Source: an uncultured virus (IMG/VR IMGVR_UViG_3300033148_003111)
Taxonomy: Duplodnaviria; Heunggongvirae; Uroviricota; Caudoviricetes
IMG/VR virus record: IMGVR_UViG_3300033148_003111
DNA: 64,000 nt
Strand: one strand, 5' to 3'
Position numbers and translations under genes: made by a program. The notes beneath the pieces are model-generated. The model searched no databases. It was not told where the DNA came from and saw only the letters and a list, made by a program, of their open reading frames with translations. Numbering within the stretch: the first letter of the stretch is position 1; every line of letters starts with the position of its first letter. This document shows positions 18,401 through 27,849 of the stretch, one piece after another.

Positions 18401-19168
18401 TTAGATTTTCACACCGGACGATCTCGCCCAAGTGTACAGGCCATAATCGTTCAGAACCCATAGACGCCTTTCTTCATCGTTTATCCTGCCGACGTTGGGT
18501 ACTTCCTTCTTGATGTGGGCGTCTATCTCTTCCCGGTTATCTCGGATAAATTTTCTTATTGACAAGATTCCTCCTTGGACCTCGATAGATCTCTGATGGA
18601 TGTTTTTCTCTTCCACTTTTCTCTTCTTTATAGATTCAATCACTTCCTGTGCTTTTTCTTCGCAGTATTCCCGACCGTAGAATCCCCAACATGAATCCAG
18701 ACATTCCCCGTCGTCGTCTTCAATGATGTAACTCCAGACATCGCCAGTCAGGAATTGATCGTAGATCTTGACTTCACTGATTAGTACCTCTTTGATTTTC
18801 TCCCGTAGTTTTTTCGAGATGCGTTTCTTGTCCCATTCCTTTAGGACATCTTCGCGTCTTGCAAAGATAAAGCCGACCTGACCCCAATCCCAACCCGCTG
18901 AGTCGATTGCGCGGAATTGAGAACTTTCACACGATATTGTGATTCCTCCATGGCTATATAGATACAGTGGGAGTATAACTACGGGGTTTTCCTCTTTTTG
19001 GATGGTCTTTTCCAACTCATCCCAACTGCTGTGATCTTCATGGTTGTAATCGTGTTTATCTCCTAGATTGTAGCGATTATGGAAGCAGACCATCACTCCG
19101 AGGTTGTCCCACTCTCTAGGGGATTCAGGAAGCTCGTCTTGTTCGATTCTTATTTTCATATCTATCAC
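18401..19168 (-). CDS. conserved phage/plasmid early-region protein
   Basis: SPREWDNLG, LPLYLYSHGGITIS, WDWGQVGFI and DSCWGFYG motifs, typical of a widespread mobile-element family. Confidence 0.75.
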   Translation of the reverse strand: MIDMKIRIEQDELPESPREWDNLGVMVCFHNRYNLGDKHDYNHEDHSSWDELEKTIQKEENPVVILPLYLYSHGGITISCESSQFRAIDSAGWDWGQVGFIFARREDVLKEWDKKRISKKLREKIKEVLISEVKIYDQFLTGDVWSYIIEDDDGECLDSCWGFYGREYCEEKAQEVIESIKKRKVEEKNIHQRSIEVQGGILSIRKFIRDNREEIDAHIKKEVPNVGRINDEERRLWVLNDYGLYTWARSSGVKI

Positions 19169-19181
19169 CTCCTTTGTTGAA

Positions 19182-19427
19182 TCATCCCATGAACCAGTCG
19201 AATTTCTTTTTTGTGATTTTCTTCGCGTTCGGGGGGAGTTTCGGGATAACTGCGACTTCTACTTCTTGATAGTTCTTCTTGACCGATTGCTTGGTCTTGA
19301 AGAAGCATTCCACGAATCCGTTTTCCTCGCGGAGAAGAACGATTCTTGCCAACCTGAACATATCCGGTCTAATGCCTTCGGGGAATTTCTTTGCAGGTCG
19401 ATACAACTTGAAGTGGTTTATCATCAT
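19182..19427 (-). CDS. hypothetical protein
   Basis: 81-aa ORF in the operon. Confidence 0.5.
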   Translation of the reverse strand: MMINHFKLYRPAKKFPEGIRPDMFRLARIVLLREENGFVECFFKTKQSVKKNYQEVEVAVIPKLPPNAKKITKKKFDWFMG

Positions 19428-19437
19428 GGCCTTTCCT

Positions 19438-19731
19438 TTAGGGTTCGATATTGCGTCCGTGGATAGATCCGTCAGGCTTTACTTCGATGTTCGGATCTCC
19501 GTCGAGAACTTGGTCGATTTCGTACTGTGAGATAACTTTCGCCTTGCGGTCATCGAGGAACAGGGTGATGTGCCTGGCTGTCGTAGCACTCCACCTCTTA
19601 TCTGTTACATAATACTTCCCGCTTTCCAAATCCCGGTAAGCAACGGGAGTTTTGTAAGAGATAAGTATCGCTTTCGATGCGGTGGTGATGACGACCGCGT
19701 TTCTGTTCCCAAGACGTTCGATTTTCATCAA
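19438..19731 (-). CDS. conserved phage early protein
   Basis: ISYKTPVA...WSATTARHI motif. Confidence 0.7.
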   Translation of the reverse strand: MMKIERLGNRNAVVITTASKAILISYKTPVAYRDLESGKYYVTDKRWSATTARHITLFLDDRKAKVISQYEIDQVLDGDPNIEVKPDGSIHGRNIEP

Positions 19732-20114
19732 TGCACCTCATCATTTCCGGGCACAGAGAAGGTTAAATCTTTATCTCCCTTCTCTCCGCTCTTTGTCTTG
19801 ATGATCTTTGCCATGTTGATGCGGATTCCTTGTTCCGCCATAAAATCGTTTACGAACGCAAGGAACGGAAAGATGACTTTTGGATTGTGGGATTTCACAT
19901 CCTCAACGAATGTAACGTAATCGCAGAATACAATCGCAAGATGCGCTTCCAGGCTTAACGGGCTGTCGATTTCATCTTCCGCAGTTAGCTTGTCAACTTC
20001 ATCTACGAAAGGTTGTAGAGCTTTTTTTAGTCTTTCGAGGATTCTTTTCTTGATGTTGACGGCTCCGACGCCTACGATTTGTTCTGGTTTTTTCTTCTCA
20101 TCGCCTTCTGGCAT
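19728..20114 (-). CDS. hypothetical protein
   Basis: 128 aa, GGAG SD. Confidence 0.6.
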   Translation of the reverse strand: MPEGDEKKKPEQIVGVGAVNIKKRILERLKKALQPFVDEVDKLTAEDEIDSPLSLEAHLAIVFCDYVTFVEDVKSHNPKVIFPFLAFVNDFMAEQGIRINMAKIIKTKSGEKGDKDLTFSVPGNDEVH

Positions 20115-20123
20115 ATCCAGCTC

Positions 20124-20321
20124 CTAACCGCACCAGCAATCGGCGCAATTCCTAGGATTGCCCTTCAAATCCTTTAGTGGACATTGATACATTCCTAGAA
20201 CCCTGAGAATTTCGCAGGGTGCTGAGATTTTGGAGCCATCGGGACTGATATTGATGTATTCAACCCTGATGGATCTACGTATCTGTCCGGTATTCGGACG
20301 GTTATTTTGAAGATCAATCAT
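20124..20321 (-). CDS. small Cys-rich protein
   Basis: C...CP...CADCWC. Confidence 0.5.
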   Translation of the reverse strand: MIDLQNNRPNTGQIRRSIRVEYINISPDGSKISAPCEILRVLGMYQCPLKDLKGNPRNCADCWCG

Positions 20322-20503
20322 GCTTTCACCTTCCCGACCTTCACCTGATGCTTGTATTCCGGCTTGTGGCGGGTTTCCGATGCTTTCCCGAACAGTTTTT
20401 CGATTTCCTCCAGGGCCTTATCGCATTCCGGGCCTTTGAATCCAACTCCCTCGGCTTTGATTTTGCCCTCTGGAGTGATTTCGATTACGATTGTCTTGAT
20501 CAT
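20318..20503 (-). CDS. DUF2997-like protein
   Basis: IEITPEGKI..EGVGFKGPEC...IEKLFG...KPEY. Confidence 0.8.
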   Translation of the reverse strand: MIKTIVIEITPEGKIKAEGVGFKGPECDKALEEIEKLFGKASETRHKPEYKHQVKVGKVKA

Positions 20504-20886
20504 CGTAGCACCTGTACCTTTATCTTGTTCTTTTCCTTGTTCATCACCCGCATTGTAGCCGGTGCGCGATTGTGGAGAACTTTGGTGGCGTAGCTGGATG
20601 TGAATTCTTGTAGATTGAAGTCGTACAGGTCATCCTTGATGAGCTTGTACTTGCCTTCTTCCTTGATGAATCCAAGATCTCCGTAGGACCGGCCAATCAG
20701 ATTCTTCTTGCGAATGATGATGTTGGCCTGAGCCGATTCCCCTTGATACCCCTGCATCTCAACCGGGGCATCATGGACTTCAACATTGTTCTTACCGAAC
20801 ATCTCTTGCAGACATTCGATAAGCTCTTGTTGAAATCCGTATTCCGTGTCAATTCCAATGAACTTCGACATCGATCCTCCTTTCAA
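20500..20886 (-). CDS. DUF1257-like protein (paralog 2)
   Basis: MSKF..IDTE...GYQG...ANIII...DLGF. Confidence 0.8.
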   Translation of the reverse strand: MKGGSMSKFIGIDTEYGFQQELIECLQEMFGKNNVEVHDAPVEMQGYQGESAQANIIIRKKNLIGRSYGDLGFIKEEGKYKLIKDDLYDFNLQEFTSSYATKVLHNRAPATMRVMNKEKNKIKVQVLR

Positions 20887-21266
20887 ATTGTTACCTGTAG
20901 CCTGATTTTGTTCTCTGACTTTCCCATGATGCGGATATTTCTCGGAAGGTGATTTTCGAGTACCCTGTTGGCGTATCTGTTTACGATATCCTGTTGATTC
21001 ACGTTCTTGTTTTTATCGAATTGAGATACAATCATCCGGTACTTTCCGTCTTTCTTCACGAATCCGAGGTCGTTGGATGCACTTCCGACGTGCCTACGCC
21101 GCACGATGATGTTGGCCTTTTGAGATCTGACATCCCCGGCGAACCCGATAAGACTTTCCGCATCTTCATGAACCTCAACCGTACCAGCCCCGTAGATTTC
21201 CTCCAGGGCTTCGATGAGTTCTTTAGGGAAGGCAAATTCTGTGTCGATTTCCAGATACTTGCTCAT
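20883..21266 (-). CDS. DUF1257-like protein (paralog 1)
   Basis: MSKY..IDTE...GFAGD.R.QKANIIVRR...SNDLGF. Confidence 0.82.
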   Translation of the reverse strand: MSKYLEIDTEFAFPKELIEALEEIYGAGTVEVHEDAESLIGFAGDVRSQKANIIVRRRHVGSASNDLGFVKKDGKYRMIVSQFDKNKNVNQQDIVNRYANRVLENHLPRNIRIMGKSENKIRLQVTI

Positions 21267-22219
21267 ATCTCGATGTTCCTTCCATGCCCGGTGATTGCGT
21301 CAACTGCGGCCTTGGCGATTTCATCCACCTGGCTCTCTGCTGCACTGATCACCTTATCCATCGAGTTCTGCATCAGTCCCCGGAGGTTTTTGGATGCCTT
21401 GAGATCCTTCGCGGTGCCGGATTGTACCCAGGTATCGAGTTCGTTGACCATCTCCGTCAACTGCTCGTTCTCGAATACCATCAATCCGTCTTGAAGGGAA
21501 GTAAGGAATTCCCTGATGGGCTTGAGGTTCCGTTCCTGCAAGTTGGATTTTGAAATCCGGTCCTTCAATCGCTGCGCGAATTCTCCGAGTTTTTCGACCA
21601 CCCCACGGGATGCGTCCTCGATGAATTCCCTGGCGATTTCATTGATGTCGCGGTATTCCTTCCAGGTGAATGAAAACCGATGCTTGATCTCGTCCCAATC
21701 TTTGAATTGGGCCTTGACCCGGTTCATCACCTCGTCGATCAAAGCGGGATCATTCTGCCTTGCCGCGATTGCAACCGCTTCCTGATTCCAGAGGTTCAGC
21801 ATTTCATCCCTCATGGCCGGGTATTTGCCACCCAGGTCGGCCACCTTCGTATCGAACCTCTCCTTCATCTCGTTGAGCTTGGTGGTGAGAGATTCCATTT
21901 TCTGATTGGGGACAAAATTTCCTCCGAAATCGAAGTGGAAGCTGTTACTGCCGATGAGTTGTTTTGCCTCGGAACGGATTTTCTCAAGCTCACGGATTTC
22001 ATCCTTGGGAATCAGGAATTTCGATCCGAGGGTTATCAACTTGTCGTTGACATCCTCGTTTCCGAATCCCAAATCTTCCGGCTTGAGCTTCTTCTGTGCC
22101 GACCAGATGCGAATCTTGTCTTTGAGACAACATCCGGTCAGGAACAGGCTTTCCATGACGCGATTGTCTTTTGCCATTTGAGTCTCCTTTCGATTTTTTG
22201 ATTTCGTCATCTTTTTCAC
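21263..22219 (-). CDS. DUF3150-like helical protein
   Basis: IWSAQKKL.PEDLG...LGSKFLIP...FVP motif; lies next to the Ycf46-like ATPase. Confidence 0.65.
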   Translation of the reverse strand: MKKMTKSKNRKETQMAKDNRVMESLFLTGCCLKDKIRIWSAQKKLKPEDLGFGNEDVNDKLITLGSKFLIPKDEIRELEKIRSEAKQLIGSNSFHFDFGGNFVPNQKMESLTTKLNEMKERFDTKVADLGGKYPAMRDEMLNLWNQEAVAIAARQNDPALIDEVMNRVKAQFKDWDEIKHRFSFTWKEYRDINEIAREFIEDASRGVVEKLGEFAQRLKDRISKSNLQERNLKPIREFLTSLQDGLMVFENEQLTEMVNELDTWVQSGTAKDLKASKNLRGLMQNSMDKVISAAESQVDEIAKAAVDAITGHGRNIEI

Positions 22220-22288
22220 CTCCTTTCATTTGATTTGGATACATTATATTTCGGATACCAACAATATCTAGTATTGTGAGCATCCGAA

Positions 22289-22321
22289 ATATCCCCGGAG
22301 GGGCAAGCCCTCCGGGGATAT
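22289..22321 (-). terminator. perfect 14-bp hairpin after the AAA ATPase gene
   Basis: ATATCCCCGGAGGG/CCCTCCGGGGATAT. A TATAAT and an 11-bp inverted repeat (22246-22256 / 22282-22292) lie alongside. Confidence 0.55.
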
Positions 22322-22328
22322 TTGTTTA

Positions 22329-23897
22329 TTAAACATCGATCTTGCGGTGCAACTCTTCTTCGACTCCCGATGATGCTGGCCGCGCTCGGTTCTTCGCCCA
22401 ATCCCTCAGAGATTCAATGGTATGTTTGGATAGTTTCGATTGCGGCACAGTTCTTTCGATTGCGAGTTCGATGAATTCCGTTGCAGGTTCATTGTTCCGG
22501 TTGAATCCGGTATACATGGATGCCTTAACTGCTTCCTCGATTTCGGCACCGGAAAACTGATGTGACTGTTCCGCCAGTTTGTCGATGTCGAAATCTTTTA
22601 CTTCTAGGGCAGGGTGCTTCGGCAAGATGTGGTTTCTGATGTGAATCTCGAAAATCTGCTTGCGTTCCTCTTTTGTCGGGAGATCCACGTACCAGATTTC
22701 ATCCCACCGACCCTTCCGCAACAACTCGGGGAAGGATTTTGCAAGTGACTGGATGTTGTTTGCGGTGCTGACGATGAAAACCGGGGCCGTCTTTTCCTGC
22801 AACCACGTCAGAAGGGATGACATCACCCTCTTGGTGACTTCGTGAGTGCCGGAAGAATCGCCGTTACTCGTTGATACCTGCTTGTCAAGCTCATCGATCC
22901 ACAACACCACCGGGGCCATCGCTTCCGCGATCTTGATTGCGTTCCGGGTGTTGCTTTCCGATTCCCCGACGATACCACCCATCAATGCGCCGATGTCCAG
23001 GCGTATCAGGGGTAGCTTGAAAATCCAGGGAACCGTCTTGCAGAGCAGGGATTTCCCGCATCCAGGGACTCCTATGGTCAAAATCCCCTTAGCGGTAGGC
23101 AATCCGTAGTCTCTGGCCCGCTTTGTGAACATCTCACGGCGTTCTAGTAACCATTCCGTAAGATTTTGCATCCCGCCCACATTTTCCATGTTGGATACTT
23201 CCTGAATGACCTGGATGTAGTCGAGATCCGATAGTTGGGCGCACTTCTCACGGCTCACGATTTCAGGATTGACTTCCCCGCACTCCACGATGGACAGTGA
23301 GATTGCATCACCGGCCTCATCTGTGGTTAAACCGGCCAGAGCGGTGATGGTCTTGTCCATTGTATCGTCATCCGGTTCCTTACTGATGGGCCTGGTGACA
23401 TCCTCGATGACTTTCTTGAGGCTATCGCGGTTTGGGAGTGGGGAATTGATGACTTTAACCAGATGGGAGATCTCTTCTGGGATCTTGACATCTTTCGCCA
23501 GGAAGATGATAGCCTTTCCCGACTTGAAATCATCCATCCCGTCTTTCAGGGTGCGGATAAACACCGGATCTTCAAGAAATGGATTGGGATCGGCCATGAT
23601 GAATATCGCTTTTCGTTGGTGGTGCCGGATGAACTTGATGAATTCAATGACATCCCTCATGTCACTTTCCAGGTTGCCGGTATTCATGTCTCTCATCCCC
23701 TGAGTGACCGTCCAGAAGTAGCATTTGCGGGGATATGATTCGTTGTTGGCAATCCGCTTGAGCGTGTAAAGGGTTCTGGCCTCTTCCGATGAGTTGATCG
23801 CCAACATTCCGAATCCGGCGCGAACGTGATTGAAGACCTTTTCTTCCATCGTCAAAGCAGCGGTTGTCTCTTTGGATTCCGATTTCTTTTTTGCCAC
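22329..23897 (-). CDS. Ycf46-like AAA+ ATPase
   Basis: Degenerate N-terminal AAA domain (SSEEAR); Walker A GVPGCGKS, Walker B LWIDE, SRH PELLRKGRWDE. Confidence 0.9.
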   Translation of the reverse strand: MAKKKSESKETTAALTMEEKVFNHVRAGFGMLAINSSEEARTLYTLKRIANNESYPRKCYFWTVTQGMRDMNTGNLESDMRDVIEFIKFIRHHQRKAIFIMADPNPFLEDPVFIRTLKDGMDDFKSGKAIIFLAKDVKIPEEISHLVKVINSPLPNRDSLKKVIEDVTRPISKEPDDDTMDKTITALAGLTTDEAGDAISLSIVECGEVNPEIVSREKCAQLSDLDYIQVIQEVSNMENVGGMQNLTEWLLERREMFTKRARDYGLPTAKGILTIGVPGCGKSLLCKTVPWIFKLPLIRLDIGALMGGIVGESESNTRNAIKIAEAMAPVVLWIDELDKQVSTSNGDSSGTHEVTKRVMSSLLTWLQEKTAPVFIVSTANNIQSLAKSFPELLRKGRWDEIWYVDLPTKEERKQIFEIHIRNHILPKHPALEVKDFDIDKLAEQSHQFSGAEIEEAVKASMYTGFNRNNEPATEFIELAIERTVPQSKLSKHTIESLRDWAKNRARPASSGVEEELHRKIDV

Positions 23898-23931
23898 TGT
23901 ATCACCTCCTTTCTCTTTGGAATTGGGCTAA

Positions 23932-24393
23932 TCAATCTTGCTTTTTGCAAGATGGACAGTTATTTTTGTCAAACTCGATTCTCAACAACTTCGGGGCAGG
24001 GATTCCTTGTTCTTTTCTCAGATTGATTGCGAATTCCGATTTGGCTTGAATAACTCCCTCGCAACCACAATCTTTACATCGGAAGTAAAGGCCCCCGGCC
24101 TCCACGATTTTCCTGTGTTCTTCCATCTCTTTGACGCAGTTATCGCAGTATTCGCCGGGGATGCGTTCGCCTTTCTCGATGGTGTGGTCAAAACGCATCT
24201 TGATGTGGCATTTCGGGCAATTTCCCCGAACGGGTGGTTTATCTGGGTATCCGATATGCTGCATCCCGCAGTTATCGCAGACGTATATCTTGTCTTGATT
24301 CCCCAAGAAAACGATAGATGGTGAATCACCCTTGCACCGGGGACAATAGCACAGACATGGATTCATGCCTTTATCTTTGTGGAGGTATATCAT
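23932..24393 (-). CDS. multi zinc-ribbon protein
   Basis: Six CxxC pairs; start refined to MIYLHK. Confidence 0.7.
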   Translation of the reverse strand: MIYLHKDKGMNPCLCYCPRCKGDSPSIVFLGNQDKIYVCDNCGMQHIGYPDKPPVRGNCPKCHIKMRFDHTIEKGERIPGEYCDNCVKEMEEHRKIVEAGGLYFRCKDCGCEGVIQAKSEFAINLRKEQGIPAPKLLRIEFDKNNCPSCKKQD

Positions 24394-24394
24394 A

Positions 24395-24598
24395 TCATCC
24401 ACCTTCCGAGCATTCGGGACAGATAAACACGAATCCACCAGGCGTGAAATCGCCACCTGCCATGCTAACCTGATCGATTGTCCATTTTCCGTGTAGAGTG
24501 AATCCACTGGCAAGAGTGAATCGAATCGTAGTGTTCCTGTCGCATCCTTTTCGGTGACACCAGACCCGGAATGCGATTTCATAAGGATCTTTTAACAT
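24395..24598 (-). CDS. small zinc-binding protein
   Basis: CHRKGC...CPEC; AAGGAG SD. Confidence 0.6.
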   Translation of the reverse strand: MLKDPYEIAFRVWCHRKGCDRNTTIRFTLASGFTLHGKWTIDQVSMAGGDFTPGGFVFICPECSEGG

Positions 24599-24653
24599 CT
24601 TTCTCTCCTTTCGTCAGAGATTCGGTCAGAAATGACAACATATCGTCCCAGGA

Positions 24654-24875
24654 TTACTTGTCCGTGAAATAGAGATTCACCGGAATGCTCTCAATCACGA
24701 TATTCTCTCTTTTTCGATGCTTTTCCGGACACTCTACCAAGATATCGACGTTTTTGTTGGCCTCGATGCATCCACAGATCTGAATCTTGCCCTTATATCG
24801 CTCTCTGAGCCTTCGGACAAGCCGATCTGACAAGGATATCGCTGGACCTAACCTAATTTTACAGATCATCTGCAA
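24654..24875 (-). CDS. hypothetical protein
   Basis: 73-aa ORF in the operon. Confidence 0.4.
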   Translation of the reverse strand: MQMICKIRLGPAISLSDRLVRRLRERYKGKIQICGCIEANKNVDILVECPEKHRKRENIVIESIPVNLYFTDK

Positions 24876-24997
24876 TTCCCGGTCTGATTATCCAGTCTAG
24901 GAGATAAACTATCGCTTATCCCCTAGCCTTGAGAATCAGATCGTAATGGCTACCCACGGAAACGGTTTCCGATTCGGTTTCCATGTGATTGTGATCT

Positions 24998-25768
24998 TTA
25001 TAGTGCCTCCTTCGATTGAGATTGGTGCCAATCGGGTAATGGTTCTTCCCCGGCTTTTACCGCTACGCCTTTCCGATACCCTTCCAGGTAAGCATCGGCC
25101 AGTTTTTCTTCAAACTTGCCGAACCCACAGATTGCGTCACGGTATCCGGTAGTGTATGCGATTGGATCGTTGCTAGGAACCCTATGTATCGAGATTCTGA
25201 ATCCGTTTTTCAGGGGGGCATTCTGGATTTCCTTGATGTTATCTTCGCTGAGTCCTTGAATTTTACCTACCAGCTTGGCATCGGTCTTGTCCTGCCGAAT
25301 TCCCCGGAACATCGCGCTCTGCGTATCGCCCTGGCCGAATTCTCTAGCGGTTGAACCAATTTGGTTGACCGGACGATTCATCTGCTGTTCGTAGTATTCT
25401 GGATCATTCTGAAGTCTGCGGGATTCGGCTTTTGCCAATTTCAGGAGTGCGCTGCGATTGCTGGATACCTGATCGAACATGGGAGCACCATATCCGTATC
25501 TGGCGGATTCGGAAGCGATTACGTCATCTTCGTATTCTTCATCGTCTGAAAATTGGCCTTTCACGTTGTCAATCTGTTTTTCGGTCATGATGTCCAAATC
25601 AACTTCCACCAACTTGACCAGATAGCATCCATCCCATTCTTTCCAGGTAGCCTCATCTGTTGCGTTACGGAGATCTGTAAGATCGATGATGTGGTATCGG
25701 CGGTAGTCTAATCTTCGGGCGAGAGTGGTATCGTCGCCATCCATGATTACTTTGAATCCGCGTGGCAT
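24998..25768 (-). CDS. hypothetical early protein
   Basis: 256 aa, AAGGAGGT SD. Confidence 0.75.
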   Translation of the reverse strand: MPRGFKVIMDGDDTTLARRLDYRRYHIIDLTDLRNATDEATWKEWDGCYLVKLVEVDLDIMTEKQIDNVKGQFSDDEEYEDDVIASESARYGYGAPMFDQVSSNRSALLKLAKAESRRLQNDPEYYEQQMNRPVNQIGSTAREFGQGDTQSAMFRGIRQDKTDAKLVGKIQGLSEDNIKEIQNAPLKNGFRISIHRVPSNDPIAYTTGYRDAICGFGKFEEKLADAYLEGYRKGVAVKAGEEPLPDWHQSQSKEAL

Positions 25769-25885
25769 GGTTTCACCTCCTTTTGTGGATTTCTCTGATT
25801 ACCCAATTGCGGGGCCGAATCACCGAACTTTGCGGGGGGGGGGGTAGAGCAGGGTTCCCGGCGATTCGGCCCCTGAATTCGATAA

Positions 25886-26227
25886 TCAGGTGTGAATCGA
25901 CCATCCGTTTGTCGGTTCCAGGCAAACCGAGAAAGTGGGTGCACCACCATCGCCACCCTGGTCATGCTGACCGTGGAAGATGAGGCCACCATTCATCACT
26001 CTTTTGCCGTCATCGGTCAGGAGTTCCCAATAAAAACTGTGTGGTGCGAAGTCCCTGTAGAGATTGGCGGTCAATCTCTTACCGAACCACATATCGAGTT
26101 GGTCTAGCTTATCTTCCAACTGCTCTCTCATCCCGATCTTGTCCGCAAATTCTCGGACTTTATCGAGATATCCTTCGGTCTTATCGATAATCATCTTTTC
26201 TTCTCCGGTTTGGGCGTGACGGGACAC
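25886..26227 (-). CDS. DUF4120-like protein
   Basis: DFAPHSFYW...NGGLIFHG...PTFSV.L...GWSIHT; start probably MIIDKT. Confidence 0.75.
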   Translation of the reverse strand: MSRHAQTGEEKMIIDKTEGYLDKVREFADKIGMREQLEDKLDQLDMWFGKRLTANLYRDFAPHSFYWELLTDDGKRVMNGGLIFHGQHDQGGDGGAPTFSVCLEPTNGWSIHT

Positions 26228-26294
26228 TTACAGATGGAACACATCGTTCCGGCTTTCTGGATTGTTCGGCAATTTGGGCAGAGAATCATCCGAA

Positions 26295-26528
26295 TCATGA
26301 CATCGCTCCCTCGAATGCCGCCTCGAAAGGTCGATGCTTCAACGGTGATTCCTCCCTGGACTTCCGCCTTGCTTCCCAGATGATGCGCCGGTTGTGTTCG
26401 ATACGGGATTTTGACCGCTTCGCGGATTCGTGCTTTGACCGCTTCTTCTTTTTCCGCGATTTGTGCCAGTTCTTGATGTGCTCATCGTTGTTTGCTTCCG
26501 ACTTCTTGATTAGGATTGCCCTTACCAT
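26295..26528 (-). CDS. small basic protein
   Basis: Start refined to MVRAIL; K/R-rich. Confidence 0.5.
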   Translation of the reverse strand: MVRAILIKKSEANNDEHIKNWHKSRKKKKRSKHESAKRSKSRIEHNRRIIWEARRKSREESPLKHRPFEAAFEGAMS

Positions 26529-26829
26529 AGCGATTCCCCTTTCTCCGGTAGATAACCGGGCATAGGGGCGATTGATAGGAGAGGACACCAATCGCCCCTA
26601 TGCTCGTTTATCGACTAGATCTTTTTCATCGTTGGCTAAACCTCCTTTTTCTGGTATTCTCAACCAATGATTGACTACCTAACAACGAAACCCAACCGAA
26701 TCGGTGGGGAAAACCGCAGTAGGCAAGGGCCGATTGGGCCGATTGGGTTTCGTTGTTTGGTATTCAATCACTTTTCAGGAGATTATCTCCTAATGTGTCT
26801 GAAATATGGACGATTATCGGGTTAAACGA

Positions 26830-26866
26830 ATAACGGCCCGGAATCGTTACGATTCCGGGCCGTTAT
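26830..26866 (-). terminator. perfect 17-bp hairpin after the first early gene
   Basis: ATAACGGCCCGGAATCG-TTA-CGATTCCGGGCCGTTAT. Confidence 0.6.
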
Positions 26867-26895
26867 CGAGGCAAGGCTTGGGATTTACTACGTTT

Positions 26896-27444
26896 TTACA
26901 AGCCCAGTTCGGACTTGACTTGTGATTCTACTCCGTTCTTCCAGCGATACGTGATGCCGTTGCACTGGCCTACTGTAAGCATCGGGAACATTTTGCGGAT
27001 TTCACCCGCCGATGCACCACAACCGGAAATGATCGCGTATTCGCCCAATTGGGTTGCGGAAACTTCGATATCGCCCACCTTAAATCCATCCTTGTGGTTT
27101 GTGGGTTTGGACTTACCATTGGCAAGGGCCGAATCCAGCTTTTCCTTGACTTCCTTAGTGAGGTGTCCGTTGCCATTGGTCTTTTTGCTTCCGCTACCCT
27201 TGCGGGCCTTGCCAATTTTGTAGGTGATGCCCGAATCGGCAACCTCGAAAACAACCCGCCCGGATACGCCCGACTTTTGCAGTATCTCTTTGATTTTGCT
27301 CATGTTTTTATCGAGTGCAGCCCGCGCAGCATCGGCCCGCTTGCCTTTTTCCTCGTTGATTTTCTTCAATAATTCTGCGGCTTTGGCGGCTTCCGCTTCC
27401 AATTGTTCTACCGTAAGCCCTTGAATTTTCTCGTCTTTTCCCAT
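26896..27444 (-). CDS. putative nucleoid-type DNA-binding protein (H-NS-like N-terminal coiled coil)
   Basis: GGAGGT SD before MGKDEK; coiled coil, Lys-rich linker, small C-terminal domain. Confidence 0.55.
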   Translation of the reverse strand: MGKDEKIQGLTVEQLEAEAAKAAELLKKINEEKGKRADAARAALDKNMSKIKEILQKSGVSGRVVFEVADSGITYKIGKARKGSGSKKTNGNGHLTKEVKEKLDSALANGKSKPTNHKDGFKVGDIEVSATQLGEYAIISGCGASAGEIRKMFPMLTVGQCNGITYRWKNGVESQVKSELGL

Positions 27445-27588
27445 TGTACTACCTCCGTACACTCTGGCAACACGACGATTGCCAAGTGTTTGATAATCGT
27501 CCGGTTTTCAAAGATCCCGTTGTCAGTCCTTGTGAAGTGCATCGCGTCGTTGAGAATGGACTGGCAACCTTGCCCTACTTCCTGATAA

Positions 27589-27605
27589 TGCAAATGCCAT
27601 GCCAA
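27589..27605 (-). promoter_or_regulatory. sigma54 (-24/-12) promoter
   Basis: TTGGCATGGCATTTGCA matches YTGGCAYG-N4-TTGCW. Confidence 0.8.
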
Positions 27606-27630
27606 AACCCCGGACAAAAAAACCTTTATA

Positions 27631-27643
27631 AATCAAGTGGTTG
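27631..27643 (+). promoter_or_regulatory. IHF binding site
   Basis: AATCAAGTGGTTG = WATCAANNNNTTR with a 5' A-tract, lying between promoter and enhancer boxes. Confidence 0.7.
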
Positions 27644-27672
27644 CGGTTACAGTATGTTTGAAATCCCCAAAA

Positions 27673-27790
27673 GTGTCACATAATCAGACACAATTATACT
27701 GTAATCCTGAAAAGCGTAAGAATTCCGGGCGCTTGGGTGTAGTTTTTTTTCACAACCCCTTGTGTCTGGATTTCACACCTACAATGTAGG
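27673..27790. promoter_or_regulatory. candidate enhancer (UAS) boxes
   Basis: Three TGT-N11-ACA (27674-27690, 27738-27754, 27761-27777) plus the palindrome CCTACAATGTAGG. Confidence 0.6.
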
Positions 27791-27849
27791 ACAAGGTATG
27801 AAAAAGTACGCCCGAGGGGATGCAGATGCATCGGTTAGTAGATTATCAG

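Noticed and set aside
22329..23897. AAA ATPase as the sigma54 activator or the packaging ATPase
   Set aside because: Classical-clade AAA with SRH; no GAFTGA loop and no FtsK/A32 or terminase features.
27465..27485. Second sigma54 promoter TGGCAA...TTGC
   Set aside because: Spacing between the GG and GC elements is wrong; it is a short inverted repeat.
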